64,000 nt of DNA, taken from the NCBI RefSeq assembly GCF_964355755.1, contig NC_092673.1, positions 18,163,648 through 18,227,647 of the forward strand, read 5' to 3'. Below are positions 1 to 13,100 of the stretch, one piece after another. Every line of letters starts with the position of its first letter. Position 1 is the stretch's first letter. The DNA comes from Antedon mediterranea. Taxonomy: Eukaryota; Animalia; Echinodermata. The notes beneath the pieces were generated by a model. The model was not told where the DNA came from. It ran no database searches and was given only the letters and a program-made list of their open reading frames with translations. A program made the translations under genes and the position numbers.

Positions 1-394
1 ATTTTAATTTTACATTGTTCCATCCACACTGTAGATGGACTCCACAGAGTTTTCAGCCCTCTATATAATTTTTGCTCTTTTGACGTTCCATAGAAACAAA
101 AACATTGAACATGGCCCATGGGGTAGGCCTACTGTCCTGTAGGCTAGTCATTTTGTGTGCGAGAAAAACGTCTGTAAAATCATCAATTTAAAAATGTATT
201 TGTTACTTTTTATGTGATTCTTTTTCATGAAAGTGCCAATTCTAAGGTGTGGTATTCAGAATAAATGTTAGGAGTTAAAATACAAGGCAGGTGCGAAAGA
301 TAAATATTTGTAATCTTAGGTGTTGGGTCTTAGCTTTCGTGATCTTAGGTCTTAGGGGGTCTGAGCTTTCGTGGTCTGAGCTTTCGTGACACCC

Positions 395-1023
395 GGTATT
401 GTACTACCTTACTTTATGATCCATTTATTAATAGACTAAAATGTACTGCTTCCCCAGGGCTGTTAGTCAGGGTATTTGTGTGGGGTATTGTACTACCTTA
501 CTTTATGATCCATTTATTAATAGACTAAAATGCACTGCTTCCCCAGGGCTGTTAGTCAGGGTATTTGTGTGGAGTATTGTACTACCTTACTTTATGATCC
601 ATTTATTAATAGACTAAAATGCACTGCTTCCCCAGGGCTGTTAGTCAAGGGTATTTGTGTGGGGTATTGTACTACCTTACTTTATGATCCATTTATTAAT
701 AGACTAAAATGCACTGCTTCCCCTGGGCTGTTAGTCAGGGTATTTGTGTGGGGTATTGTACTACCTTACTTTATGATCCATTTATTAATAGACTAAAATG
801 CACTGCTTCCCCAGGGCTGTTCGTCAGGGTATTTGTGTGGGGTATTGTACTACCTTACTTTATGATCCATTTATTAATAGACTAAAATGCACTGCTTCCC
901 CAGGGCTGTTAGTCAGGGTATTTGTGTGGGGTATTGTACTACCTTACTTTATGATCCATTTATTAATAGACTAAAATGCACTGCTTCCCCAGGGCTGTTA
1001 GTCAAGGGTACTTGTGTGGGGTA
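395..1023. repeat. Minisatellite, ~89-bp unit x7
   Basis: ggtattgtactaccttactttatgatccatttattaatagactaaaatg... repeated in tandem. Confidence 0.95.
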
Positions 1024-3536
1024 TGCAGTAATACGATAGTTTAGTTTAGTTCTGTAGTTATAATGCTTTATATTTCACATGACAGAAGATTGTAAAAATC
1101 TGTTGAATCAGTAAGTTTGTCTAACCTGCATAACATAATGCCACACTCATTTTGGTAGAAATACACCAGGAGTAGATCCAGGATTTAGAGGGGACGGCTA
1201 ATAATAGACTGGGGAAAGAAGCCTAGTCCCCATGGTTCTAATCAAAATTTTAAAATTTTCTCTTTCGCCATGCTTTTATAAAGTCTCCCACCATTTAATT
1301 TTTATGATTTCGGACCTCCACATACTAAAATGGCAGTGCGAAATAACACTTTTGGTTTTTAATAATAAATGAACAATAAATGATATCATTATTGAATAAA
1401 GAATTGTTTATCTCATAATAAATATATTTTATTCAAAATAAAGTTCTGTTCTTATTGTAATATCCATTTTTTTTATCCATAATTGTTATTTTAAAATATT
1501 TTGTATAAAGCTGGTAGACTGCTCACAATAAAATACAGACAGTAGTTTTTGTTTGATTATGCAAAATATGATTTTTTTTAAATTAATAATTTATAATTAG
1601 GTGATACATTTAATATCTATAGCTTCTAGTGCATTCTCCATACAAAACCAATTTCTGATAAATAAAATGAATGTGATGTGAAGTAGGATTGGCTTTCCCA
1701 TGGATATCTTTTTTCCTTCTTGATATACCTGAGTACCAATAATTAACCAGTATATAGGCCAATAAATAATATTATCAATAATATTATCACAACATAAAAT
1801 GGCATAGTAGGCCTCTATTAACCAAACAGAGCCTCCTAATTAGCCTTAATATAAATTGTTTTTTATACCTACAGTAAACAATTCCTGGTAATCAAAATAC
1901 ATATTATTATCCTAAAGCACAAAATATTATTAACAAATATATCCACGACACTTTATTAATTTTATTTAATCAGCAAAGCATCTATTATGAATTAAAAATA
2001 TACATAGTTATGTGATGTTTTGTTCCAAAATCAATAATTCTTATAATGTACTAGCGCAAGCAAGTACTTCTGTACACTTTGCACATCAATAATTCACCGT
2101 CAAATATGCAATTACATTTTTTAAAGTATTTGTTGCTTCTAATCTATACTTTACATGGGTTAATGGAGATAATTTTGAAAAATGTTTGATCACATGACTT
2201 TTAAGTTTAACCCAATGTTGTAACTCTTTATATATATGGCTCTGGCTCCGCCCATAATTCGTTCGTTTACATTGGTTGAATATGAATTATGATATCTTCC
2301 TAACACTATCTTTGTTTATATTAAGTTTGCAAACGATAGATAGGTAAACAAGACTTATATTTTCTATTATAGGCTAGCATGCAAGACTGATTAGGAAGTC
2401 ATGTGACGCACAGAAGCAGTGACAATTATAAACACCTTATAGTCAAGTAGCGTCTGTTGATGTAGAGCTGTTCAGTCGGACTGATTTACCAGTGGGTGGA
2501 GGATTGTTTCCAGGGTAGGGTACCAACAATTCTGTTGTTCAGATTCAGTTGTAGTGTGAGTTTTTATATTATTTATTTAATATTTCATTTGACTTACAGA
2601 ATTGTGCTTTGTTTTATGACAATTACAGGAATAGCAATACTTTATTTGGAAATGTTGGTTTATGGCAACCAGTTGCATCCAGTGAAGTGTTTCTCAACTA
2701 TTTTATTTTTACAGCAAAAATTGCAATACAATAAAATTACAGATTTTAATTCGAAATTCAGAGGCTTAAAAGGTAATCTTGGTGAACACTACAAGGGTGA
2801 TCACTATCTTTTGCTCAAATTCTGCCTATGTTATCAGACTTTTCATTTAATAGCACATAAATTGTTCAATAAACTTGTGTTAAAATGTTAATATCAAACG
2901 TACTAATGTCTGTTGTTGGAGAGTACAAAGGTCACAGAAGTTAGGCTGCTGAATATCTTGTAGTACTAAGTATATATTGAACAAAACATGTCTGACATGA
3001 AAATAAAAAAAGGTGTATTAGCCTGATAGTACAGTGATACGCCCGTATTCTTAAACCGGACTTTAGTCGTAGTTTGAACTTTGACTTCAAAAAGTGTTAG
3101 TTCGAGCTACAGGCTCTAAAGGTCACTTCTTTTTAAAATTGAAAAAATGGATTGACACAGTTATTGCGCATCAGTTTTTTGCATGCAGTATTTTATTTAT
3201 GCATTATGAAAAATGGAAAAAGTGGCTACCCTAAATCTGATTAAAATTGCCTCAAATGACGCTAGAACGCGTTGCTACCGGGGGCCCATGGCGGCCCCTC
3301 CCTGACACCCAGCCTAGAGAGAGATTAACCAAATTATTAACCAAATAACTGATACGTTTTTCTGATACTCACAATTGCCTAGAGGGATGTTTTTGCTGTT
3401 TTTTTAGGGTGTAAAGTATAGCGGCCAAACTGAATGGCAGCCATTTGTTGTGTATTAATTAAAGAAAAGTCATAATTGCCGTTTGGGAAAATGAATCCAC
3501 AAAACAATGTTTCCAGTTATTATGAACAAAATAATA

Positions 3537-4131
3537 ATCTTCATGTAGTAACACCAGCATACAGGGTTATCTTCATTCAGTAACACCAGCATACAAGTCG
3601 TCTTCATTCAGTAACGCCAGCATACAGGTCATCTTCATTCAGTAACGCCAGCATACAGGTCATCTTCATCAGTAACACCAGCATACAGGTCATCTTCATT
3701 CAGTAACACCAGCATACATACAGGTCATCTTCATTCAGTAACACCAGCATACAGGTCATCTTCATTCAGTAACACCAGCATACAGGAGTCATCTGCATGC
3801 AGTAACACCAGCATACATCTCATCTTCATTCAGTAACACCAGCATTTATACAGGTCATCTTCATTCAGTAATATGCAGGCATACAGGTCATCTTCATTCA
3901 GTAACGCCAGCATACAGGTCATCTTCATTCAGTATCACAGTCATCTTCATTCAGTAACACCAGCATTTATACAGGTCATCTTCATTCAGTAATATGCAGG
4001 CATACAGCTCATCTTCATTCAGTAACGCCAGCATACAGGTCATCTTCATTCAGTATCACAGTCATCTTCATTCAGTAACACCAGCATACAGGAGTCATCT
4101 TCATGCAGTAACACCAGCATACAGGTCATCT
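3537..4131. repeat. Minisatellite, ~31-bp unit
   Basis: catcttcattcagtaacaccagcatacaggt repeated, with length variants. Confidence 0.95.
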
Positions 4132-4194
4132 TTCATTCATTTAATGCAAAGGTTTCTGTCTGATGGAATTATGTTTTACATTTCATATTTTCAG

Positions 4195-7100
4195 AAGAGA
4201 ATGTGTAGGCTTACTTTTACATTAGAAGCTATCAGTATTAATAATTGTTAAATGAACACGCTGTATTTTTTAAATGGAAAGGTACGTTTGTTTTTTATTT
4301 CAAATCCAACAAAAATAACCAGCTCCAATATGTAACTGTTAAAAACAAATTAAAATGTTTGAATAGTTAGCAATACTTTAAAACTTTCTTTAAAGATTAT
4401 GAAATCATAAATATTACAATTAAAGGGCTCATTCTCATCAAACATAATGATGATATTGATTATTTCCATCAATCATCATTTTCATAAAATAGTGTCATTA
4501 TTTCTTACATTTTAACAGGAAAAAATTTGAAGAAGCTTTGTGGTACGGGAGTGATTTGCAAACAATTAAACACATTTGTAAGACGCAACCAGATCTTGTG
4601 AAATCTATCAGTAAGGTATTTAAAACAAGATGTACATTATTTTTATAATATTATCAAAGAAGAAATTTAATTAAAGTTTAAAATTATAGAGATTGTAATT
4701 TTCTTTATTAGTTATTATAACATTTTTTTATATAATGAATTACAATTATTTTGCAATATCACACTAATGATGTTGGTATAACCTGCATGCACTGATTAAC
4801 AACATTAGGCTAAAAATAATAATATAAATACACACTGATGATGGAGGTATTACCTGCATGCACTGATTAACCACATTAGGCTAAAAATAATAATATAGAT
4901 ACACACTGATGATGGAGGTATAACATGCATGTACTGATTAACCACATTAGGCTAAAAATAATAATATAAATACACACTGATGATGGGGGTATAACCTGCA
5001 TGTACTGATTAACCACATTAGGCTAAAAATAATAATAAAATACACACTGATGATGGAGGTATAACCTGCATGTACTGATTAACAACATTAGGCTAAAAAT
5101 AATAATATAAATACACACTGATGATGGAGGTATAACCTGCATGTACTGATTAACAACATTAGGCTAAAAATAATAATATAAATACACACTGATGATGGGG
5201 GTATAACCTGCATGTACTGATTAACAACATTAGGCTAAAAATAATAATATAAATACACACTGATGATGGAGGTATAACCTGCATGTACTGATTAACCACA
5301 TTAGGCTAAAAATAATAATATAAATACACACTGATGATGGGGGTATAACCTGCATGTACTGATTAACCACATTAGGCTAAAAATAATAATATAAATACAC
5401 ACTGATGATGGAGGTATAACCTGCATGTACTGATTATCCACATTAGGCTAAAAATAATAATATAAATACACACTGCTGATGGCGGTATAACCTGCATGCA
5501 CTGATTAACAACATTAGGCTAAAAATAATAATATAAATACACACTTATTGAAGGGGATTCTTTTCGCATAGCCATCATGGTACCAATTGCTCCTTGCATT
5601 TCCTAATTTTGATAATAATACTGTAAAAAAGGGAGTGGGGAGGGGTTGCTAGAACCATAAAACCCTCCTGCTTACGAGTCTGTTATCCTTATTATAGGGA
5701 GTGGGGAGGGGTTGCTAGAACCATAAAACCCTCCTGCTTACGAGTCTGAATCCTTATTATAGGGAGTGGGGAGGGTTTGCTAGACCATAAAACCCTCCTT
5801 CTTACGAGTCTGTTATCCTTATTATAGGGAGTGGGGAGGGTTTGCTAGACCATAAAACCCTCCTTCTTACGAGTCTGTTATCCTTATTATAGGGAGTGGG
5901 GAGGGTTTGCTAGACCATAAAACCCTCCTTCTTACGAGTCTGTTATCCTTATTATAGGGAGTGGGGAGGGTTTGCTAGACCATAAAACCCTCCTGCTTAC
6001 GAGTCTGTTATCCTTATTATAGGAAGTGGGGAGGGTTTGCTAGAACCATACTTACTTACGAGTCTGTTATCCTTATTATAGGGAGTGGGGAGGGTTTACT
6101 AGAACCATACTTACTTACGAGTCTGTTATCCTTATTATAGGGAGTGGGGAGGGTTTGCTAGAACCATACTTACTTACGAGTCTGTTATCCTTATTATAGG
6201 GAGTGGGGAGGGTTTGCTAAAACTATAAAACCCTCCTGCTTATGAGTCTGTTATCTTTATTATAGTTTTACTAATGTGTACACATACATTTTTATTTTTA
6301 GCCAGAAAGAAAGCATACAGACATTTGTCAAAGGTAATTTCCTTAATCTTATGTTGGTGAGTTAAGGATCATAAATGAATTTACTTTTTATTTTATTTCA
6401 CCACCACACAAGTCAAGTCAGTTACAACGTTGAACAATAGAAAATGATCAATAGACATTTATTTAAACATATATAACTCAATCAAAATATCTTATGTCTT
6501 AAGCTGCTATTAGCTTTGATATCTTAATTCCTCTTACCAGTAGTAGTACTATCAGAATCATTATTGATAATCTATACATTGTTACAACATGCTGCTATTA
6601 GCTGTGATATCTTCATTCCTCTTACCAGTAGTAGTACTATCAGAATCATTATTGATAATCTATACATTGTTACAACATGCTGCTATTAACTGTGATATCT
6701 TTATTCCTCTTACCATTAGTAGTACTATCAGAATCATTATTGATAATCTATACATTGTTACAACATGCTGCTATTAACTGTGATATCTTTATTCCTCTTA
6801 GCAGTAGTAGTACTAGCAAAATCATTATTGATAATCTATACATTGTTACAACATGCTGCTATTAGCTGTGATATCTTCATTCCTCTTACCAGTAGTAGTA
6901 CTATCAGAATCATTATTGATTATCTATACATTGTTACAACATGCTGCTATTAGCTGTGATATCTTCATTCCTCTTACCAGTAGTAGTACTATCAGAATCA
7001 TTATTGATTATCTATACATTGTTACAACATGCTGCTATATTAGCTGTGATATCTTCATTCCTCTTACCAGTAGTAGTACTATCAGAATCATTATTGATAA

Positions 7101-10100
7101 TCTATACATTTTTACAACATGCTGTTATTAGCTGTGATATCTTCATTCCTCTTCCAGTAGTAGTACTAGTAAAATCATTATTGATAATCTATACATTGTT
7201 ACAACATGCTGCTATTTAGCTGTGATATCTTCATTCCTCTTCCAGTAGTAGTACTAGCAGAATCATTATTGATAATCTATACATTGTTACAACATGCTGC
7301 TATTTGTTACAACATGCTGCTATTAGCTGTGATATCTTCAATCCTCTAAACCAGTAGTAGTACTATCAGAATCATTATTGATAATCTATACATTGTTACA
7401 ACAAGCGGCTATTAGCTGTGATATTGTCAATCCTCTTACCAGTAGTAGTACTAGCAGAACCATTGATAATAGCTGTGACATCTTGTAAAGTGGATAAATA
7501 TTTTTTATTTTATTTGCAGACGAAAGTTGGCCAAAAGAAAGGAGAGGAAGAAAAACGGATCAAGGTAATTGATTGAAATATGTTGGTAAATAAGTAGGGA
7601 GAGAGAGAAAATAAAAACAAATTTAATATTTACAACATCTCAAACTGGTTTTGATTAGAATTGGGGGAAACATCTCTTGGTATCTTTATTTTATTTTAAT
7701 CCTTAACCATAAAACATACAAAACAAATAAAAATCCATAGCAGCCAAAAAAGCTGAATTGGGGATTTGTTACAAAGGCCAAATTTTTACAAATTATAAAT
7801 TTCACATATTTTTTTTCAAATAAATATTATAAATATTAAACAATTTAAAAATTACACATAAAAGCAAGCAAAAGGCACAAAGAAGCGTTTTGCTAAGAAA
7901 AAAAACATGTAAAGTCATTGTTATTTAAGAATTAAGCAGACAAGTGAGATATAGAAGAAGCGGTCATTTATTATATCTGGATAATGAGACACCAAATTGT
8001 CCATATGCATTTTATCATATTTTAACTTTTAATCGCTTTTTAAAGATTTTGTGCAATAATGTGTGTGTTCTATATTTTAATTTTTTGTTTATATTTTATA
8101 TATATATCGGTTTTTTATCGTACTAATATTTGCCAATCTTTAAGAAGAATTTCTATTGTTATTTTATTATGATAATGGACAAATAAAGCTTTTCAATATT
8201 TCATTAATTTTTCATTTGCAGGAATGGCAGATTCTGAAACTTTGAACAGTTTCCGAGACCTAAAAGGTGGTCTCAGTGGGTACTTTGATGGTGAAAGATA
8301 CCATTGGCTGAGGTTCCTACTATTTGATCAATTGGATGTCGGGGACCTTACAAATAAAGATTTCAATGGACATGACTTACTCAATACACTTGAAGACAAA
8401 GGTTTCATCTCAACAACCAATGTTAATTTGCTGTTAGAGATTACAAATACATCTGAAATCGCACAGGCCAAAGATCTTGTATCAAAGTATATGACAAACA
8501 ACAACATTCAGAATAGACATTCTGATAGAACCAAGTTGTCGTCTTACAGAAAGCGACTGTTTAAGGCCCTGAAACAAGTTGACCCAGATGCATTACGTAA
8601 TGTTACTGCTTACTATAAATTGACAAAATATAACTTCTCCAATGTATGGGATGCAGTTCTCTATCTGGAGAATGATAAACAATTAGTAGATGATTTTGAC
8701 AAAATACAGAGGTTTGCAGAACGTCTTGGTGGAATAGCAAGGAACATACTACTTGGTAATGGTATTTAATATTCTTACAAAACTATTCCAAAGTTAATTG
8801 TAATGTAACTATTCATATCTTTCATTTGTTTTAAAATTTTACATGATTTAATTTCAATCATTGTTTATATACTATACAAGTTGATAACGTATTGATTATT
8901 TTATTTATTAACTGATTATGTAGTCAGTCAATATTGGGAAGAAAGAGACTGAATAAGACAAGATAGTGATAATAAAGACATTGCAATACTAATATAGGAT
9001 AATGTCATAAACACAAAAATATGTTGATGAAGAATTTGGAATTTTGTAATTTGGAAAACTGATTATAGATATAGAAAATGTAACTCAAAATTGTGTTTGA
9101 AAATTGTAAATACTGGACTAACTAACAACAACAAACCCCCCCCCCCCCCCCCCCGCCCCACCTTTGGCTGGCTGACCCCTCCCCTGGGGGTAATCTATAA
9201 GAAATTTAGAAAAATGAAGCTGCTAGGTCTCCGGAAATTGCACTTATACATTGATATGATACAAAATTACCATGGTTGGGGTTGTTGGGGGTGAGCTAAG
9301 AAAATTTTGAAAACTAGAGCTGCAGCTCTACAAAAATTACACTCATACATTGAAAATGGTGGAGGGAAAATTTGAAAATGTGAAAAATTCATATTATTAA
9401 ATTATCTGTTTTAAAAACAAATTCACTGAAATAAATGTAAGTGTATATTAAATAATAAATGATTTATTGCCATCGGTCACAATTTAAATTCCCATGTTAT
9501 TAAAATAATACTAATGACAATGGCAGTAAAATAAGAAATAATTGATTATACTTACTTGGATAAAACATGCAAAATTGTATTATTTCACAAGATTCCAAAA
9601 AAAACCCTACCTTTTTTCACAGATGTGCAAGATGGTTCAGTGACCTCTGCATTACCACAGTCTGATATCCAAGGCAGTCAACAAGGTATGATCCACTGGT
9701 TAATTCCAGAGGTTAATCATCTAAGTGGTTACATTTTGAAATAAAACTTAAAAGACATATAATATAACTGTAGCACATTTTGAGTTATTCAAACTGTATA
9801 CATTTTAGATGAAAATGTATAGTTATGTTACTCTCCAAAATGAACATAAAATGTATAGTTATGTTACTCTCCAAAATGAACATAAAATGTATAGTTATGT
9901 TACTCTCCAAAATGAACATAAAATGTATAGTTATGTTACTCTCCAAAATGAACATAAAATGTATAGTTATGTTACTCTCCAAAATGAACATAAAATGTAT
10001 AGTTATGTTACTCTCCAAAATGAAAATGATGAACATAAACAGTCATTTATTTGTGTGTCACTCATACAAAATAAAAAGCTTTGTCATTAATGTGTAATGT

Positions 10101-13100
10101 ATAACTGTCTTTTTTGTATTTTTGTTGAACAGAATTAATAAAGCTATTAGCATCAGATTCACCAGTTACTGTTAATGAGGAATTAAAAACACAAATGAAG
10201 AAAGTGATGATTGCGGAACAGGAAAGAAAACTTGAAGCAGAGAGCGGTGAGTTAAGGATCATAAATTAATTTACTTTTTATTTCGTCACACTCAACAGTG
10301 ACACAAGTCAAGTCAATTGCAAAGTTCAACAATAGAAAATGATGAACATATTTAAACATAATTATATAAACAAAATCCAAAGCAGTCTTAAGCTGGCCTT
10401 TAATATACTGTTCAACATACACATAACTGTCTTTTCTGGATGTTTTTATTGACCAGAAGTGACAAAGCAATTACCATCGGATTCATCAGATACTCTTAGT
10501 GATGAATTTCAAACACAAGTTGTGGAACAGGAAACTAAACCTGAACCAGAGAGTGGTGAGTGTCATAAAATATTAGTTGTATTATTATGGTTAAACTAAC
10601 TTTAAATGTGATGTTATAGAATGGATTTTAGCTACATTTTTTTTTTATTTCAACATTTATAAAAAAAAGAATGTCTTTAAACAGAATTAGAAAAAAATAC
10701 TAAATTCATACATGTAAACGATTGATAAGGTAAATGACTTATTTAACTAATCTTTAAAACAACATGTCTTTTATTATTAGTGAAGAATAAAAGCTGATAC
10801 ACTGAACAATATCTGCATAAATACTGTCATGATATTTATATATAAGTTGCTGTGACACTTACAGGCCACCGTACTTTGATCACACAAACAAAACATATTC
10901 ATTATGGTCGGCAATATATTATCAGGGAAGAGTTAAATTACAATTTAACTCTATTGTAATTTAACTCTTCCCTGGTATTATCAACAAACTTAAAAATAAG
11001 AGATAGTTCTCTATCCATTGTAAATAGAACAGTTTATATTTCATCAAAGAACGTATTGTTAATCAATCTTATTTTGATATGCTTGCTCTATAAATTCAAC
11101 AACAGAATAATTATGATTGGTCAAAGCTCTCTGTGAAGCTGTCAACATCTTGAAATTAGCATGCAACATACAAATACATTGCAAAATAATAACAAATTGA
11201 TATTAATAATCAAATTAGGGTGTGGTACATTGTGTAGGTCTATGGTACAGGGCTCAGGTGGCAGGCCTTTTAGGGTGTGGTACATTGTATAGGTCCATGG
11301 TACAGGGCTCAGGTGGCAGGCGTTTACTTTACTTGCCAACTAATGTTTATTTTTTTCTTGTATCAATTTTCTAGTTTTTTATTGTAATATGGTCCCCTAA
11401 TGCTATTTTTTGTAATATATTTATAGACCATAAATAAATTTTTAAAAATGAGGTTCTGCACAGTGAATTTATGGTTTTGTGGTTGATTGTGTTGAGTAAT
11501 GAATAATCAAATGCTTGTGATATTTAATTCTTAATACTGATACTCATTTCAGATCTGCAGTCGCCAGAAAATGACAGGTAAGTAGTACTGTATAATGAGT
11601 GTATCACAGTATCTATACTGTTTATTATACTCTCCAATACCATAGAGTTAGACCAACACCCTGCTAGTTAATTGTATGCCCTGAGATGATAGTCTGGAAG
11701 GAATATTATTACTATCACTTGTGTGTCTATCAGTTCAGTTGTATATATTAATAACATAACCTGTTAATACAACCATAAAGTTTAACCATAAAAATAGTGT
11801 TGAAACAATTTTACACAAAATCAAGAATTATAACAAACATCAAAAGAACTTTTAAACCCAAATAATAATAATGAAACAATCCTGGTTTTATATAGAATTA
11901 CATTCTGCATAAACTTAACGGAGGATGGCGGACCTTTTGTCCTACCAATATTTTCAATTTCAGTAAGATATATGCCACACTTCCGTTTTTGCCGACAGAC
12001 TCCCATATTTATACTTGTCTCCTTATGCTCCTGGTTTTATATTCTCCCGTATTACAAAGATAACTGAACTTAATGTGTTGCTTTCTGCAATAAAATATAA
12101 AAAAAAGAAGCTCAAAACACATACAAATTTATGATATTTAAGTCATAATTTATTGATCCTCTTATTGAAGGGGATTCTTTTCACATAGCCATCATGGTAC
12201 CAATTGCTCCTTGCATTTCCTAATTTTGATAATAATACTGTAAAAAAGGGAGTGGGGAGGGGTTGCTAGAACCATAAAAACCCCTCCTGCTTACGAATCT
12301 GTTATCCTTATTATAGGGAGTGGGGAGGGGTTGCTAGAACCATAAAACCCTCCTGCTTACGAGTCTGTTATCTTTATTATAGGGAGTGGGGAGGGGTTGC
12401 TAGAACCATAAAACCCTCCTGCTTACGAGTCTGTTATCCTTATTATAGGGAGTGGGGAGGGGTTGCTAGAACCATAAAACCCTCCTGCTTACGAGTCTGT
12501 TATCTTTATTATAGTTTTACTAATGTGTACATATACATTTTTATTTTTAGCCTGAAAGAAAGCATACAGACATTTGTCAAAGGTAATTTCCTTAGTCTTA
12601 TGTTGGTGAGTTAAGGATCATTAAAATGAATTTACTTTTTATTTTATTTCACCACCACACAAGTCAAGTCAGTTACAACGTTGAACAATAGAAAATGATC
12701 AATAGACATTTATTTAAACATATATAACTCAATCCAAATATCTTATGTCTTAAGCTGCTATCAGCTCTGATATCTTAATTCCTCTTACCAGTAGTAGTAC
12801 TATCAGAAGCATTATTGATAACCTATACATTGTTACAACATGCTGCTATTAGCTGTGATATCTTCATTCCTCTTACCAGTAGTAGTACTATCAGAATCAT
12901 TATTGATAACCTATACATTGTTACAACATGCTGCTATTAGCTGTGATATCTTCATTCCTCTTCCAGTAGTAGTACTATCAGAATCATTATTGATAATCTA
13001 TACATTGTTACAACATGCTGCTATTAGCTGTGATATCTTCATTCCTCTTACCAGTAGTAGTACTATCAGAATCATTATTGATAATCTCTATATTGTTACA

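Larger units (their letters stand above)
5543..8757 (+). repeat. Segmental duplication, copy A (two minisatellites, two micro-exons, tDED exon)
   Basis: Starts cttattgaaggggattctttt and is near-identical to 12160-15088. Confidence 0.92.
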
